32,000 nt of DNA from Vibrio vulnificus CMCP6. GTDB lineage: Bacteria > Pseudomonadota > Gammaproteobacteria > Enterobacterales > Vibrionaceae. The stretch is taken from the NCBI RefSeq assembly GCF_000039765.1, contig NC_004459.3, forward strand, positions 2,541,127-2,573,126, written 5' to 3'. The notes under the pieces are model-generated. The model saw only the letters and a list, made by a program, of their open reading frames with translations, was not told the DNA's origin and searched no databases. Below are positions 9,222-18,710 of this stretch, piece after piece. Every line of letters begins with the position of its first letter. Positions within the stretch are counted from its first letter, which is position 1. The translations under genes were made by a program, and so were the position numbers.

Positions 9222-9848
9222 ATGGATTTAAACGCAATATTACTATTTGTAGTCGCTTGCCTGGCTATCAATATGATACCTGGCCCAGACGTAATCTACA
9301 TCGTCTCAAACACAATGAAAGGCAAGCTTACAACTGGATTTAAAGCTGCAATTGGTCTAGGTGTTGGCTACTTTGTACATACATTAGCTGCGTGTTTAGG
9401 TTTGTCCGCGATAATCCTCAGCTCTGCTGCAGCTTTTAGTGCGGTAAAATGGTTGGGTGCCGCTTACTTAGTATATTTAGGTGTCCAGTCTCTGCTATCT
9501 ATGTGGCGTGGAGGCAGTAAAATAGTGGTTAGTGAAAGTGTTGAAACCAACAAAAATGTATTTATACAAGGCGTTATTGTTAGTGTTTTGAACCCGAAGG
9601 TAGCACTATTCTTCCTTTCATTTTTACCTCAGTTTGTCGATAAATCTGCAGGCTCCGCGTCAATGCAATTATTAGTGCTTGGTTTGCTCTTCAGCGCATT
9701 AGCTACGCTGTGTAACGTTCTCTATGCCTCAGTCGGTAGTTGGGTTTTTAGTCGTTCAAATTCTCAGCGTTATTCACGAGCACTTGAGGGTGTCTCGGGA
9801 GTTCTGCTTATTGGGCTAGCAGGCAAAGTCGCAATCAGTGAGCGCTAG
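9222..9848 (+). CDS. LysE/RhtB family exporter
   Basis: MDLNAILLFVVACLAINMIPGPDVIYIVSNTMKGKLTTGFKAAIGLGVG...VLNPKVALFFLSFLPQFVD typical family motifs; RBS GGAGGAAA. Confidence 0.92.
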   Translation: MDLNAILLFVVACLAINMIPGPDVIYIVSNTMKGKLTTGFKAAIGLGVGYFVHTLAACLGLSAIILSSAAAFSAVKWLGAAYLVYLGVQSLLSMWRGGSKIVVSESVETNKNVFIQGVIVSVLNPKVALFFLSFLPQFVDKSAGSASMQLLVLGLLFSALATLCNVLYASVGSWVFSRSNSQRYSRALEGVSGVLLIGLAGKVAISER

Positions 9849-9850
9849 TG

Positions 9851-9975
9851 GCATAACAAACAATTTAAGTGTGATTCAGCACGCGTGGCATTTTTGGTAT
9901 GCGGTGGCTTTGGTGCTGAAGTGCTATGCGGTGGCTTGGTCATTGCGTGCTTCACACCTTAATTGGGCGTTAGCT
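9851..9975 (+). repeat. attC site 16
   Basis: GCATAAC ... TTAATTGGGCGTTAGCT. Confidence 0.88.
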
Positions 9976-10316
9976 TAAAACATTAAAAATCAGTTGTTTG
10001 TGGTTTTTCTTTCTTCCTTCGGCCATTCGCTCTGGTTCCTCGGCAAATCCACATTGTTTGTCAACGTGAGTTTCGAACAGTTGCCTCAATTGAGTTTTGG
10101 GACTGCGCGAGGTTCGCCAGTTTGGTGCAAAGTCGCTTTGGAGGTTTTGTTTTAGCTTTGAATTTTCCGAAAGTGATTTATCAAAATTTTCGGGTTTTCA
10201 AATCGCATGAAAGGCAACAAAGTTTGAGCCAATTCGGGTTTCAAAGCTTAAGCGGTTTGTTGGTTTTCCAAATCGGTTTAATCTCAGGCTTGGTAAATCT
10301 AAGGTGCTGAAATTTA
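9970..10316 (+). other. ORF-less cassette, diverged subtype c
   Basis: TTAGCTTAAAACATTAAAAATCAGTTGTTTGTGGTTTTTC...AATTTAAGCTAAC; same layout as subtypes a/b. Confidence 0.6.
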
Positions 10317-10442
10317 AGCTAACAAACTGCTTAAGCGGGATTCGCAATGCGTGGCATTTTCAGTATGCGGTGAGTTTCGTGATTAAAGCGGTGTGCGGTA
10401 GCTTTCGTAGTGCATTGCTCACCCCTTAGCAGGGCGTTATGC
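10317..10442 (+). repeat. attC site 17
   Basis: AGCTAAC ... TTAGCAGGGCGTTATGC. Confidence 0.9.
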
Positions 10443-10793
10443 TTAATCACCTAAAATCAGTGGTTTATGGTTTTTCTTTGTTCCCTCGGCTTGTTAGTTT
10501 CGAGTTTGTCGGCAAGTCAGCTTCATTGGGTGCTATTTTCTGGACATCAATTCTTTGGCGCTGGAAATTCAGAGAATTGCCTCAATCAATTTTCAGGTAA
10601 GCACGAGGATAGGGCGGCTGGCTCAATCAGAAATCAGTTTTCAGTTCTTAGTTGCCCAAGCTTGAAATGTTAAAAGTCCAAGTCTGCCTTTCAAAACTAT
10701 GAGTCATTTCGGTTTTCTAAGTTTTGGCTTTTGTTTGTAAATCAAAGTCGGGTTAATCTTGTTTTGAGTAAAACGTAACCCATTGAAGCTTAA
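10437..10793 (+). other. ORF-less cassette, subtype a
   Basis: TTATGCTTAATCACCTAAAATCAGTGG...CTTAAGCATAAC. Confidence 0.85.
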
Positions 10794-10920
10794 GCATAAC
10801 AAGGCGTTCAAGAGGGATTCATGCCGCGTGGCATTTTTAGTATGCGGTTAGTTTTTGTGGTGAAAGTGGTTTGCAGAAAGCTGGTTTAAGCGGCATTCAC
10901 CCCTTAACGCAGCGTTATAA
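10794..10920 (+). repeat. attC site 18
   Basis: GCATAAC ... TTAACGCAGCGTTATAA. Confidence 0.9.
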
Positions 10921-10934
10921 CCTAATGGGAAATA

Positions 10935-11411
10935 ATGAACTTAGTAGATTTTCAAAAAACGGATTTTCACCTGCTTATCGAATGGATCGACTCAGATGAG
11001 TTGAACTATTTATGGGGTGGTCCAGCTTATACTTTTCCGCTGACTTCTGAACAGATCATTGCCCATTGTACCAAGGAAGAAGTATTTCCTTACTTGCTAA
11101 AAGTAAGTGGTCAGAATGCTGGGTTTGTGGAGTTGTATAAAGTCACCAACGAGCATTATCGAATTTGTCGTGTATTTATCTCAAACTCTTATCGTGGGCG
11201 AGGCTTATCAAAATCTATGCTTATGTTATTAATAGATAAAGTCCGGTCAGATTTTTCTGCGACTACGCTTAGTTTAGGCGTTTTTGAACATAACACTGTA
11301 GCTAGAAAGTGCTATGAATCTTTAGGTTTTAATGTCATTGGGATTGAATCTGGCACCAGATCTTTTGATGGTCAATTATGGGGTTTGGTGCGAATGGAAA
11401 AACGGTTATAA
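10935..11411 (+). CDS. GNAT family acetyltransferase
   Basis: RVFISNSYRGRGLSKSMLMLLIDKV...NTVARKCYESLGFNVIG. Confidence 0.88.
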   Translation: MNLVDFQKTDFHLLIEWIDSDELNYLWGGPAYTFPLTSEQIIAHCTKEEVFPYLLKVSGQNAGFVELYKVTNEHYRICRVFISNSYRGRGLSKSMLMLLIDKVRSDFSATTLSLGVFEHNTVARKCYESLGFNVIGIESGTRSFDGQLWGLVRMEKRL

Positions 11412-11532
11412 CAAGGCGTTCAAGTGGGACTTGGCACGCGTGGCATTTCCGGTTTGCGGTTTGTTTAGTGGTTAAGGCGTGATGCGGTCACGTTTGTAGA
11501 GCGTGCCTGCGCCCCTTAACGCAGCGTTATGC
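11406..11532 (+). repeat. attC site 19
   Basis: TTATAAC ... TTAACGCAGCGTTATGC. Confidence 0.88.
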
Positions 11533-11874
11533 TTAATCACGAAAAATCAGTGGTTTATCATTTTTCTTTGTTCCCTAGGTTTGTTCGTTCGAGTTTGTCG
11601 GCAAGTTAGCTTTATTGGGCGCTGTTTTCCGGACAATTATTCTTTGGCGCTGAAAATTCAGAGCGTTGCCTCAATCAATTCTTGAGCAAGCGCGAGGTTA
11701 GGGCATCTGGCTCAATCAGCAATTTGATCTTATTTTTTGGGTTTTAGCAGCCAAATTTCAAAGTCCGATTTTCAAAACTATGAGTCATTTCGGTTTTCTA
11801 CGTTTTGGCTTTTGTTTGTAAATCAAAGTCGAGTTAATCTTGTTTCTAGTAAAGCGTAACCCATTGAAGCTTAA
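11527..11874 (+). other. ORF-less cassette, subtype a
   Basis: TTATGCTTAATCACGAAAAATCAGTGG...CTTAAGCATAAC. Confidence 0.85.
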
Positions 11875-12001
11875 GCATAACAAGGCGTTCAAGTGGGATT
11901 CATGCCGCGTGGTATTTTTGGTGTGCGGTGAGTTTTGGTGGTGAAAGTGGTCTACGGAAAGTTGGTTTAAGCGGCATTCACCCCTTAACGCGGCGTTATA
12001 C
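11875..12001 (+). repeat. attC site 20
   Basis: GCATAAC ... TTAACGCGGCGTTATAC. Confidence 0.9.
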
Positions 12002-12015
12002 AATAAAGAGTAAAA

Positions 12016-12789
12016 ATGAGTACAATAAAAGAGTCAGAAATGGAAAAAGACAAGAATTTAACCCCAGAAGAATTGAAAGAGCGAGCGATTCGTTTCTACA
12101 ACCGTTACGGAAACGAGCTTGAACAGGTTAGAGAGTTGCTTCAAATTCGGTTAACGCAGTTAGCTCATGCATACACTATAAATCACAATCTTCCTCCTGA
12201 AGCCATTACGGTTTCAACACGAGTTAAGAGCCTAGGTAGCTTCCTAAAGAAACTGGAAAAAAAAGGATTCCCTCAGTTCTATTTGCCAACAGAGGTTATT
12301 CAAGACTTAATTGGTGCGCGAGTAATATGTTGGTTTATAGATGATTGTAATGGAATTATGGATTTCATTTCTTCGTCGAATCACCTCGATGTGAAACCTG
12401 AATCAATTGAAGACTACATTACAAACCCTAAGCCTTCTGGTTACCGTTCTATACATCTTCAAGCTCGCGTTGCTTATGACAGTATTAGCAAGGCAAAAGG
12501 CAGCGAAAGTGTTGAAATAAAAAATGAATCAATGCTCTGCGAGGTTCAAATTCGAACGAAGATTCAAGACGCATGGGGTGATATGACACACGAGTTTCAC
12601 TATAAGGCGAAAATAGTTGGTGTAGAAAATGCGATGTTAGAGACAATGCTATCTGAACTATCTAAACGCCTGAGCAATGAAGATAATTCACTATTAACTT
12701 TGAGGGATGCTTATCAAGGGTTGATAGATGAAAAGCAAAAGTCTGGTAAAAGAACTGGCTTCATTGCGAACCCCGAAAATATTGTATAA
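12016..12789 (+). CDS. RelA/SpoT-domain nucleotide pyrophosphokinase (small alarmone synthetase-like)
   Basis: TRVKSLGSFLKK (RxKxxxSxxxK), DLIGARVI, PSGYRSIHLQ, CEVQIRTKIQDAWGDMTHEFHYK synthetase motifs; no HD hydrolase or TGS/ACT domain. Confidence 0.88.
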   Translation: MSTIKESEMEKDKNLTPEELKERAIRFYNRYGNELEQVRELLQIRLTQLAHAYTINHNLPPEAITVSTRVKSLGSFLKKLEKKGFPQFYLPTEVIQDLIGARVICWFIDDCNGIMDFISSSNHLDVKPESIEDYITNPKPSGYRSIHLQARVAYDSISKAKGSESVEIKNESMLCEVQIRTKIQDAWGDMTHEFHYKAKIVGVENAMLETMLSELSKRLSNEDNSLLTLRDAYQGLIDEKQKSGKRTGFIANPENIV

Positions 12790-12909
12790 CAATCTGTTTA
12801 AGAGTGATTCGCAACGCTTGGCATTTTTGCTATGCGTTGCGTTTTGTGTTTAAGGTGGTATGCGGTAGCATCGGTATTGCGTTGCTCACACCTTAACAGG
12901 GCGTTATGC
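12784..12909 (+). repeat. attC site 21
   Basis: GTATAAC ... TTAACAGGGCGTTATGC. Confidence 0.9.
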
Positions 12910-13255
12910 TTAATCACGTAAAATCAGTGGTTTATGTTTTTCTCTGCTCCCTTGGCTGATTGGTTTTGTGCTCATCGGCAAGTTAGCTTCATTGGGCGCT
13001 GTTTTCTGGACATCAATTCTTTGGCGCTGAAAATTCAGAGTGTTGCCTCAGTCAATTTTCGGGTAAGCGCGAGGTTAGTGCGGCTAGCTCAATCAGTACT
13101 TCGAACTTAGGTTTCTGAGTTTTAGCAGCCAAATTTCAAAGCCTGATTTTCAAAACTTATGAGTCATTTCGGCTTTCTACGTTTTGGCTTTTGTTTGTAA
13201 ATCAAAGTCGAGTTAATCTTGGTTTAGGAATAGTTTAACCCATTGAAGCTTAAGC
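12904..13255 (+). other. ORF-less cassette, subtype a
   Basis: TTATGCTTAATCACGTAAAATCAGTGG...CTTAAGCATAAC. Confidence 0.85.
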
Positions 13256-13380
13256 ATAACAAGGCGTTCAAGAGGGATTCATGCCGCGTGGCATTTTTGG
13301 CATGCGGTGAGTTTTGGTGGTGAAAGTGGTCTGCGGAAAGCTGGTTTATGCGGCATTCACCCCTTAACGCAGCGTTAGAA
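13256..13380 (+). repeat. attC site 22
   Basis: GCATAAC ... TTAACGCAGCGTTAGAA. Confidence 0.9.
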
Positions 13381-13395
13381 GTTTTGGGAATAAAT

Positions 13396-13848
13396 ATGGG
13401 ATGCAGAAGAGAACTGGGTAGTATCGCAAGCGGTATTATTGGTTCGTTTTGTAGTAGAAACAATGATGTTGATGGCTATTGGGGTATAGGTAAGCTATAC
13501 CTGCTCGTAGAGCACCTTCAAAGTAAGTGTGTTTCTATAAACCTTTGCTCTCAACAGATTGCCCCATATTCTCCGCACTTTGACCTCATGACTGAGAGCT
13601 ATTCAAAGATGTTTAAGGGGCTACTTATAAAACGCTCAATCCCACTTGAATGGGTTAGCTCAGCATACGTTTACGTTGAATTTGAAGCTGATTATGAGGA
13701 GCGTCATCACACTTGGAGGAGGGCATTTGGAAATCCGTGCAATCTAGTTTGTGTAGTCGTAGATGATAATGGCAAAAGTCATGTTGCTCGTGCGTATACA
13801 AGTTGTTTCCCACATGACGCGAAAAGGGAAAGCCGGAGCACTAGGTGA
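13396..13848 (+). CDS. hypothetical cassette protein
   Basis: Cassette-filling ORF MGCRRELGSIASGIIGSFCSRNNDVDGYWGIGKLY... Confidence 0.65.
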   Translation: MGCRRELGSIASGIIGSFCSRNNDVDGYWGIGKLYLLVEHLQSKCVSINLCSQQIAPYSPHFDLMTESYSKMFKGLLIKRSIPLEWVSSAYVYVEFEADYEERHHTWRRAFGNPCNLVCVVVDDNGKSHVARAYTSCFPHDAKRESRSTR

Positions 13849-13854
13849 GCAAAC

Positions 13855-13981
13855 TTCTAACAAGGCGTTCAAGCGGGATTCATGCCGCGTGGCATTTTTG
13901 GTTTGCAGTGAGTTTTAGTGGTGAAAGTGGTCTGCGGAAGGTTGGTTTAGGCGGCATTCACCCCTTAACGCAGCGTTATGT
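13855..13981 (+). repeat. attC site 23
   Basis: TTCTAAC ... TTAACGCAGCGTTATGT. Confidence 0.88.
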
Positions 13982-13996
13982 GTTCAGGAGAAAGCT

Positions 13997-14299
13997 ATGA
14001 GAGTAATTGATACCGAAGATCAGCGATGGTTCTTATTTGAACATGAAGATGATCTCTACTTAGATGCTAACTGTAATCATAGCTTTTTGGGCTACACATA
14101 TATGATTAAGCTCAACGAGACTGAATTAAACCAATATCAATCCGAAGGTAGAGAGTATCTGAACCAGCTTTCTCACGATATCCATTATTCGGCACCTATC
14201 GCTAAAGGTAGCCACTCAGTTTTTAAAGGTCGAGATGTGACTAAACAGTTTTCTACTCTGGCTCTTGCAGCTATAGAAAAATGGCGAGTGTTGAAGTAA
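13997..14299 (+). CDS. hypothetical cassette protein
   Basis: MRVIDTEDQRWFLFEHEDDLYLDANCNHSFLGYTYMIKLNETE... Confidence 0.7.
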   Translation: MRVIDTEDQRWFLFEHEDDLYLDANCNHSFLGYTYMIKLNETELNQYQSEGREYLNQLSHDIHYSAPIAKGSHSVFKGRDVTKQFSTLALAAIEKWRVLK

Positions 14300-14301
14300 A
14301 C

Positions 14302-14427
14302 ACATAACAAACTGTTCAAGAGGGATTCGCAACGCGTAGCATTTTCGCTATGGGTTGGTTTAAGTGATTAAGGTGGTTTGCGGCGGCTTTGGTATTGCGT
14401 TGCTCACCCCTTAACAGGGCGTTAGGC
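14302..14427 (+). repeat. attC site 24
   Basis: ACATAAC ... TTAACAGGGCGTTAGGC. Confidence 0.9.
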
Positions 14428-14445
14428 AAATCCAAGGAGTTTAAG

Positions 14446-14784
14446 ATGAAACTGACATGCCATTGTGAAAATGTAACTCTTATTTTGAGTGAAATTCCAA
14501 CAGAAGTTGGTGAGTGTAATTGTTCAATTTGTCGACGTTATGCTGCTTCTTGGGCGTATTTTTCTCCGGAACAAGTCGAAGTCACCATGACAAAACCAAC
14601 AGATATCTACTGTTGGGGTGACAAAGAAGTCGAATTTCATCGGTGTTCAGTTTGTGGTTGCATTACTCATTATGTAACTACAGCCAAATGTCTGGATAAA
14701 ATCTTGGCCGTAAACATGCGAATGGCTGAAGCAGAAGTATTGTCAGGTATTGCAGTGAGAAATATCAATGGCGCATCGTACTAA
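14446..14784 (+). CDS. GFA/CENP-V-like zinc-binding protein
   Basis: CHCENVTL...GECNCSICRRYA...HRCSVCGCITHY cysteine pattern; RBS AAGGAG. Confidence 0.85.
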   Translation: MKLTCHCENVTLILSEIPTEVGECNCSICRRYAASWAYFSPEQVEVTMTKPTDIYCWGDKEVEFHRCSVCGCITHYVTTAKCLDKILAVNMRMAEAEVLSGIAVRNINGASY

Positions 14785-14787
14785 TTT

Positions 14788-14914
14788 GCCTAACAAAGCG
14801 TTAAAGAGGGACTTGGCACGCGTGGCATTTTCAGTTTGCGGTAAGTTTAGTGGTTAAGGTGTGATGCGGTCACGTTTGTATTGCGTGCCTGTGCCCCTTA
14901 ACGCAGCGTTAGCT
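14788..14914 (+). repeat. attC site 25
   Basis: GCCTAAC ... TTAACGCAGCGTTAGCT. Confidence 0.9.
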
Positions 14915-14977
14915 GCCATTTGAATATCAGCGAATATCAAGATTTCATCAGTTAAAATTCTAAATAAGGATGTGAGA

Positions 14978-15592
14978 ATGTTCGAAATTAAAACAATTTT
15001 ACCAGTAGTTACTTTGCTGGTTGGTGTGTATTTAGCTCCTTACATCGAAAAACGGAAAAACAAAGCTAAAGCTAATGAAATATATGACAATTTGAAGTTG
15101 GAACTTAATGATGAAATTGGAGAGCTTCCAAATAGGCTAATGAATTTTGCGTCATGCTTAGATAGCCTAACCTATTGGGAGGAAAAAAATGAGCCGAAAA
15201 TAAATCAACCTTGGTTCTATATCCCTCGAGAAACAAGTTGTTATTTTTTAAAGAGTGCAACAGAAAACAGCTTTCAACTATTAACAAAAGAACAACGATA
15301 TGCAGCAAAATCTTTGCAAACACAGCTTACCGGACTTGTTGACTACTGCTTAGAGATAAAAGAAAACAAAGAAGTTACTAAAGAGAATCGGACATTACTG
15401 AAAAACTGTTACAAGAAATATTTGTTCACAGGGTGCTGTGCATTGAACACCATGCGAGTTCTTGCAGGGGATTCGAAAGGCATAACAGGTAAATCTGACG
15501 CAGAAATAATTGATCAAATTTTCAGTGAAATTGGTATTCAACTCGCGGCTAAGGACCTGTACATTACTCACAAAAGAGAGCTCAGCGACTGA
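14978..15592 (+). CDS. hypothetical membrane-anchored protein
   Basis: N-terminal hydrophobic segment IKTILPVVTLLVGVYLAPYIEKRK then soluble helical region. Confidence 0.7.
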   Translation: MFEIKTILPVVTLLVGVYLAPYIEKRKNKAKANEIYDNLKLELNDEIGELPNRLMNFASCLDSLTYWEEKNEPKINQPWFYIPRETSCYFLKSATENSFQLLTKEQRYAAKSLQTQLTGLVDYCLEIKENKEVTKENRTLLKNCYKKYLFTGCCALNTMRVLAGDSKGITGKSDAEIIDQIFSEIGIQLAAKDLYITHKRELSD

Positions 15593-15595
15593 GAC

Positions 15596-15724
15596 AGCTA
15601 ACAAGCAATTTAAGAGGGATTCACAACGCTTGGCACTTTTGCTTCTACTTCAGTTTTAGTGTTTATGGCACAATGCTTTAGGTTTGGGGGCAGGCGTTGT
15701 TCACCCCTTAATTGGGCGTTATGC
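15596..15724 (+). repeat. attC site 26
   Basis: AGCTAAC ... TTAATTGGGCGTTATGC. Confidence 0.88.
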
Positions 15725-15752
15725 AGATTTACTATTTCATTGAGAATTTAGT

Positions 15753-16310
15753 ATGAAAATGGAAACAGATAGGCTTGTTTTACGTCAGTGGCGAGATGAC
15801 GATTATCAACCTTATGCTGCGTTGTGTTCTGATCCTCATGTGATGAGATATTTTCTTGCACCACTTTCGCATGCTGAGAGTTATGAACAAGCAGAAAAAA
15901 TCAAAAAGCTAATTTTAGATAAAGGTTGGGGTTTTTGGGCAGTTGAACTTAAGGCAACGGGGCAGTTTATTGGATTTGTTGGGTTACATAGCCAAGATGA
16001 AGACAGTGGTTTTCCTAATGCTCCTTTTCTTGAAATTGGCTGGCGGCTGTCTTCTGAGTTTTGGGGGCTAGGCTACGCTCCTGAAGCGGCTCAAAAGGCA
16101 TTGCAATTCGCATTTGAAAAGTTAGATGCACCAACAGTTTTTGCATTTACTACTTTGCAGAATCGTCCTTCTCAGCGTGTAATGCTGAAGCTTGGGATGG
16201 TTGATACGAAGCAGGACTTTAGCCATCCAAAGGTAGTTAAAGGCCATCCTTTGGAGCGACATTGCTTGTACGCAATTACACGTGAGCAGTGGTTAGGAAA
16301 ATCTGCATAA
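15753..16310 (+). CDS. GNAT acetyltransferase (RimJ-like)
   Basis: METDRLVLRQWRDDD...EIGWRLSSEFWGLGYAPEAAQKALQFAF. Confidence 0.92.
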   Translation: MKMETDRLVLRQWRDDDYQPYAALCSDPHVMRYFLAPLSHAESYEQAEKIKKLILDKGWGFWAVELKATGQFIGFVGLHSQDEDSGFPNAPFLEIGWRLSSEFWGLGYAPEAAQKALQFAFEKLDAPTVFAFTTLQNRPSQRVMLKLGMVDTKQDFSHPKVVKGHPLERHCLYAITREQWLGKSA

Positions 16311-16431
16311 CAAAGCGTTTAAGTGGGATTCATGCCGCGTGGCATTTTTGGTTTGCAGTGAGTTTTGGTGGTGAAAGTGGTCTGCTGAAAGTTGATTTGG
16401 GCGGCACTCACCCCTTAACGCGGCGTTATGT
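16305..16431 (+). repeat. attC site 27
   Basis: GCATAAC ... TTAACGCGGCGTTATGT. Confidence 0.9.
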
Positions 16432-16444
16432 TTTAAGGATAAAA

Positions 16445-16780
16445 ATGAAACATTCAGTTTTTATGAGTTTAGTATTTTTGACTGGGTGTGCTGCTAGTCA
16501 GGCAGCACCAATAGAAGTTCTCAGTTATGAAGCTGATGATAACAATTACACTTTGATAGCTATTAGTGAAAAAAAGCTAACAAGTTCAAATGGTGAAATC
16601 GATAGTGTTTTCGAGGAAAAAATTAAAGAGCTTTGCCCGTATGATTATTTAGTTTCGGAACCAACAGAAGATAATGGCCCCGATGGTACATGGCTAAAAA
16701 GGCACATGGAGTACTATATAATGGCGAACGATGTCAAAAGTGCTCATTCTTACTCTAAAAATGTAAGTTGCACGCTTTGA
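16445..16780 (+). CDS. small putative lipoprotein
   Basis: MKHSVFMSLVFLTGCAAS lipobox-like N-terminus. Confidence 0.65.
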   Translation: MKHSVFMSLVFLTGCAASQAAPIEVLSYEADDNNYTLIAISEKKLTSSNGEIDSVFEEKIKELCPYDYLVSEPTEDNGPDGTWLKRHMEYYIMANDVKSAHSYSKNVSCTL

Positions 16781-16786
16781 TTACAA

Positions 16787-16913
16787 ACATAACAAAGCGT
16801 TTAAGAGGGATTTGGCACGCGTGGCATTTTCGGTTTGCGTTGGGTTCAGTGATTAAGTCGCTGTGCGGTAGCTATTGTAGTGCGTGCCTGCACCCCTTAA
16901 CGCGGCGTTAGGC
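16787..16913 (+). repeat. attC site 28
   Basis: ACATAAC ... TTAACGCGGCGTTAGGC. Confidence 0.9.
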
Positions 16914-16936
16914 TTATCAGAGGAAATGTCTCAATA

Positions 16937-17470
16937 ATGAACGATGAATTAGCTCAAGTCTTCGGGTATGAGAGTGCAGAAGATTACAAGCGCTCGATGG
17001 CGGAACGTGAAGAATTGCATACCAAATCGGAAAAGCTCTACGGCAAACAACCGAACGAATGGCCAACAATAACAATTAATTGGGATTATCGCCCTGAATC
17101 TCAGCGGTATTGCTTTGACGGTTTAAGTAAGTCTGAATTTGATGAATTTTACCCAAATGGACTAGTTTTAGGGCATATGCCTCTAAAAGAGTTTGATAGA
17201 TATTTGTGCCATTTTAGTCGTAGAGATGGAGATGAACTTTGGAAAGTTGGCAGTCAATCTAAGTTGGCAAAAATGATTGTATATTTATCTGAGGGTAAAC
17301 CAATCACGCCACCAGTCATAAAGCCTGTTGAAAATAGTGAAGTCATTTTTCAAGGCGGGCATCATCGCTATGCTGTTGCAAAAGCTATTGGGCTTGGAGA
17401 AATTCCCATCTATGCGTACAGAGAGAGCGTCGACGAATTAAACAGGTTCATGAACATACGTTGGGCATAA
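16937..17470 (+). CDS. ParB/sulfiredoxin-like domain protein
   Basis: PPVIKPVENSEVIFQGGHHRYAVAKAIGLGEIPIYAYRES resembles the ParB/Srx nucleotide-binding G-H-H/R motif. Confidence 0.6.
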   Translation: MNDELAQVFGYESAEDYKRSMAEREELHTKSEKLYGKQPNEWPTITINWDYRPESQRYCFDGLSKSEFDEFYPNGLVLGHMPLKEFDRYLCHFSRRDGDELWKVGSQSKLAKMIVYLSEGKPITPPVIKPVENSEVIFQGGHHRYAVAKAIGLGEIPIYAYRESVDELNRFMNIRWA

Positions 17471-17471
17471 G

Positions 17472-18562
17472 CTTAGTATCAAGTTTGAAGTGCGACACTT
17501 TTTACAGATGCGCATGAATATACTCCGTTGGTGTCCTATACCCAAGTCTTTTGCGTGGGCGCGTATTTAATTTGTGTGCAATTTCATTGCAGAGCTTCTG
17601 TGTTACGTGTGACATAGAAGTTCGTTTTGGTAAGTATTGTCGTATCAAACCATTGGTGTTTTCATTAGTCCCTCGCTCCCATGAATGGTATGGATTTGCA
17701 AAGTAAAACAGACAGTTATGATGTTTTTCCAGTTGTGCATAACCATGAAATTCAGTGCCGTTATCCGCAGTTATCGTCTTAAAAGGTAAGTCAGAGCGGG
17801 TCATGATTTTGCTCATTCTTACGTTGAGCGACTCGCTTGTTCTATCGTCCATTTGCCCTATAAAAGTGTAGCCAGTCATTCTGTCGACTAAAGTTACGAT
17901 ACAGTGCTTGGTTCCGCGGCCAACGACGGTATCAATTTCCCAATGGCCAGGCTCATTTCGATGCTCAGCTTTTGCAGGTCTTTCGGTAATATGACGCTTT
18001 GCTGCCAGCCGACCTCGGCTGTCTTTTGAGTTATATCTTTTGCGCCTTTTCTTGGTCGATTGGCGTAGATGTTTCCATAGTGTTCCACCGAGAGTTTTGT
18101 CGTTCCAAATATGCTGATAAATGAGCTCGTGGCTCATTGTTGGATAGCCTCTTACCCTTAGGTATCCGACGATTTGGTCAGGGCTCCAATCCAGTCGTAG
18201 CAAGGCTTCAGGTAACCTGAAGTCGATTTCGCTATAGCGCTTGTTTCTGCGCGAGCGGCTTAGCCGGTTGCGAGCCATCTGTTGGGCTCTCCATGCTTGA
18301 TAGGAGAACCTTCTAAAGTGTCTGTTGTATCGGGAATTACGTTCAATTTCTCGATAGATAGTAGCTTTGTGACGACCTAGTTGTTTAGCTATTTTAGCGG
18401 TACTAATTCCTTGCTTTCTGAGCGCAGAAATCATATACCTTTCGTTCTCAGTGAGGTGCGTGTATCTCATGTTTTTTACTTCTTGGCGGGAGCAAACTTC
18501 ATGATTATCGCATCTCACTGTTTTTATGTTCAGAGGTGTCGCACTTCGTACTTGAATCCAAG
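17472..18562 (-). mobile_element. IS30-family insertion sequence, complete copy 1
   Basis: 27-bp imperfect IRs 17472-17498 (CTTAGTATCAAGTTTGAAGTGCGACAC) and 18536-18562 (rc CTTGGATTCAAGTACGAAGTGCGACAC), 22/27 match; flanked by AAG (17469-17471 and 18563-18565). Confidence 0.9.
17502..18470 (-). CDS. IS30-family transposase
   Basis: MRYTHLTENERYMISALRKQGISTAKIAKQLGRHKATIYREIERN HTH; DDE core HWEIDTVVG...ADNGTEFHGY...NENTNGLIRQYLPK. Confidence 0.95.
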   Translation of the reverse strand: MRYTHLTENERYMISALRKQGISTAKIAKQLGRHKATIYREIERNSRYNRHFRRFSYQAWRAQQMARNRLSRSRRNKRYSEIDFRLPEALLRLDWSPDQIVGYLRVRGYPTMSHELIYQHIWNDKTLGGTLWKHLRQSTKKRRKRYNSKDSRGRLAAKRHITERPAKAEHRNEPGHWEIDTVVGRGTKHCIVTLVDRMTGYTFIGQMDDRTSESLNVRMSKIMTRSDLPFKTITADNGTEFHGYAQLEKHHNCLFYFANPYHSWERGTNENTNGLIRQYLPKRTSMSHVTQKLCNEIAHKLNTRPRKRLGYRTPTEYIHAHL

Positions 18563-18564
18563 AA

Positions 18565-18690
18565 GCCTAACAAACTGCTTAAGAGGGATTCGCAATGCGT
18601 GGCATTTTTAGCATGCGGTGAATTTTGTGATTAAGGCCGTGTGCAGTGGCTTTGCCAGTGCATTGCTCACCCCTTAGCAGGGCGTTATGT
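18565..18690 (+). repeat. attC site 29 (belongs to the 16937 cassette, separated by IS)
   Basis: GCCTAAC ... TTAGCAGGGCGTTATGT. Confidence 0.9.
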
Positions 18691-18710
18691 TCACAAGATG
18701 GATTGTAGAT

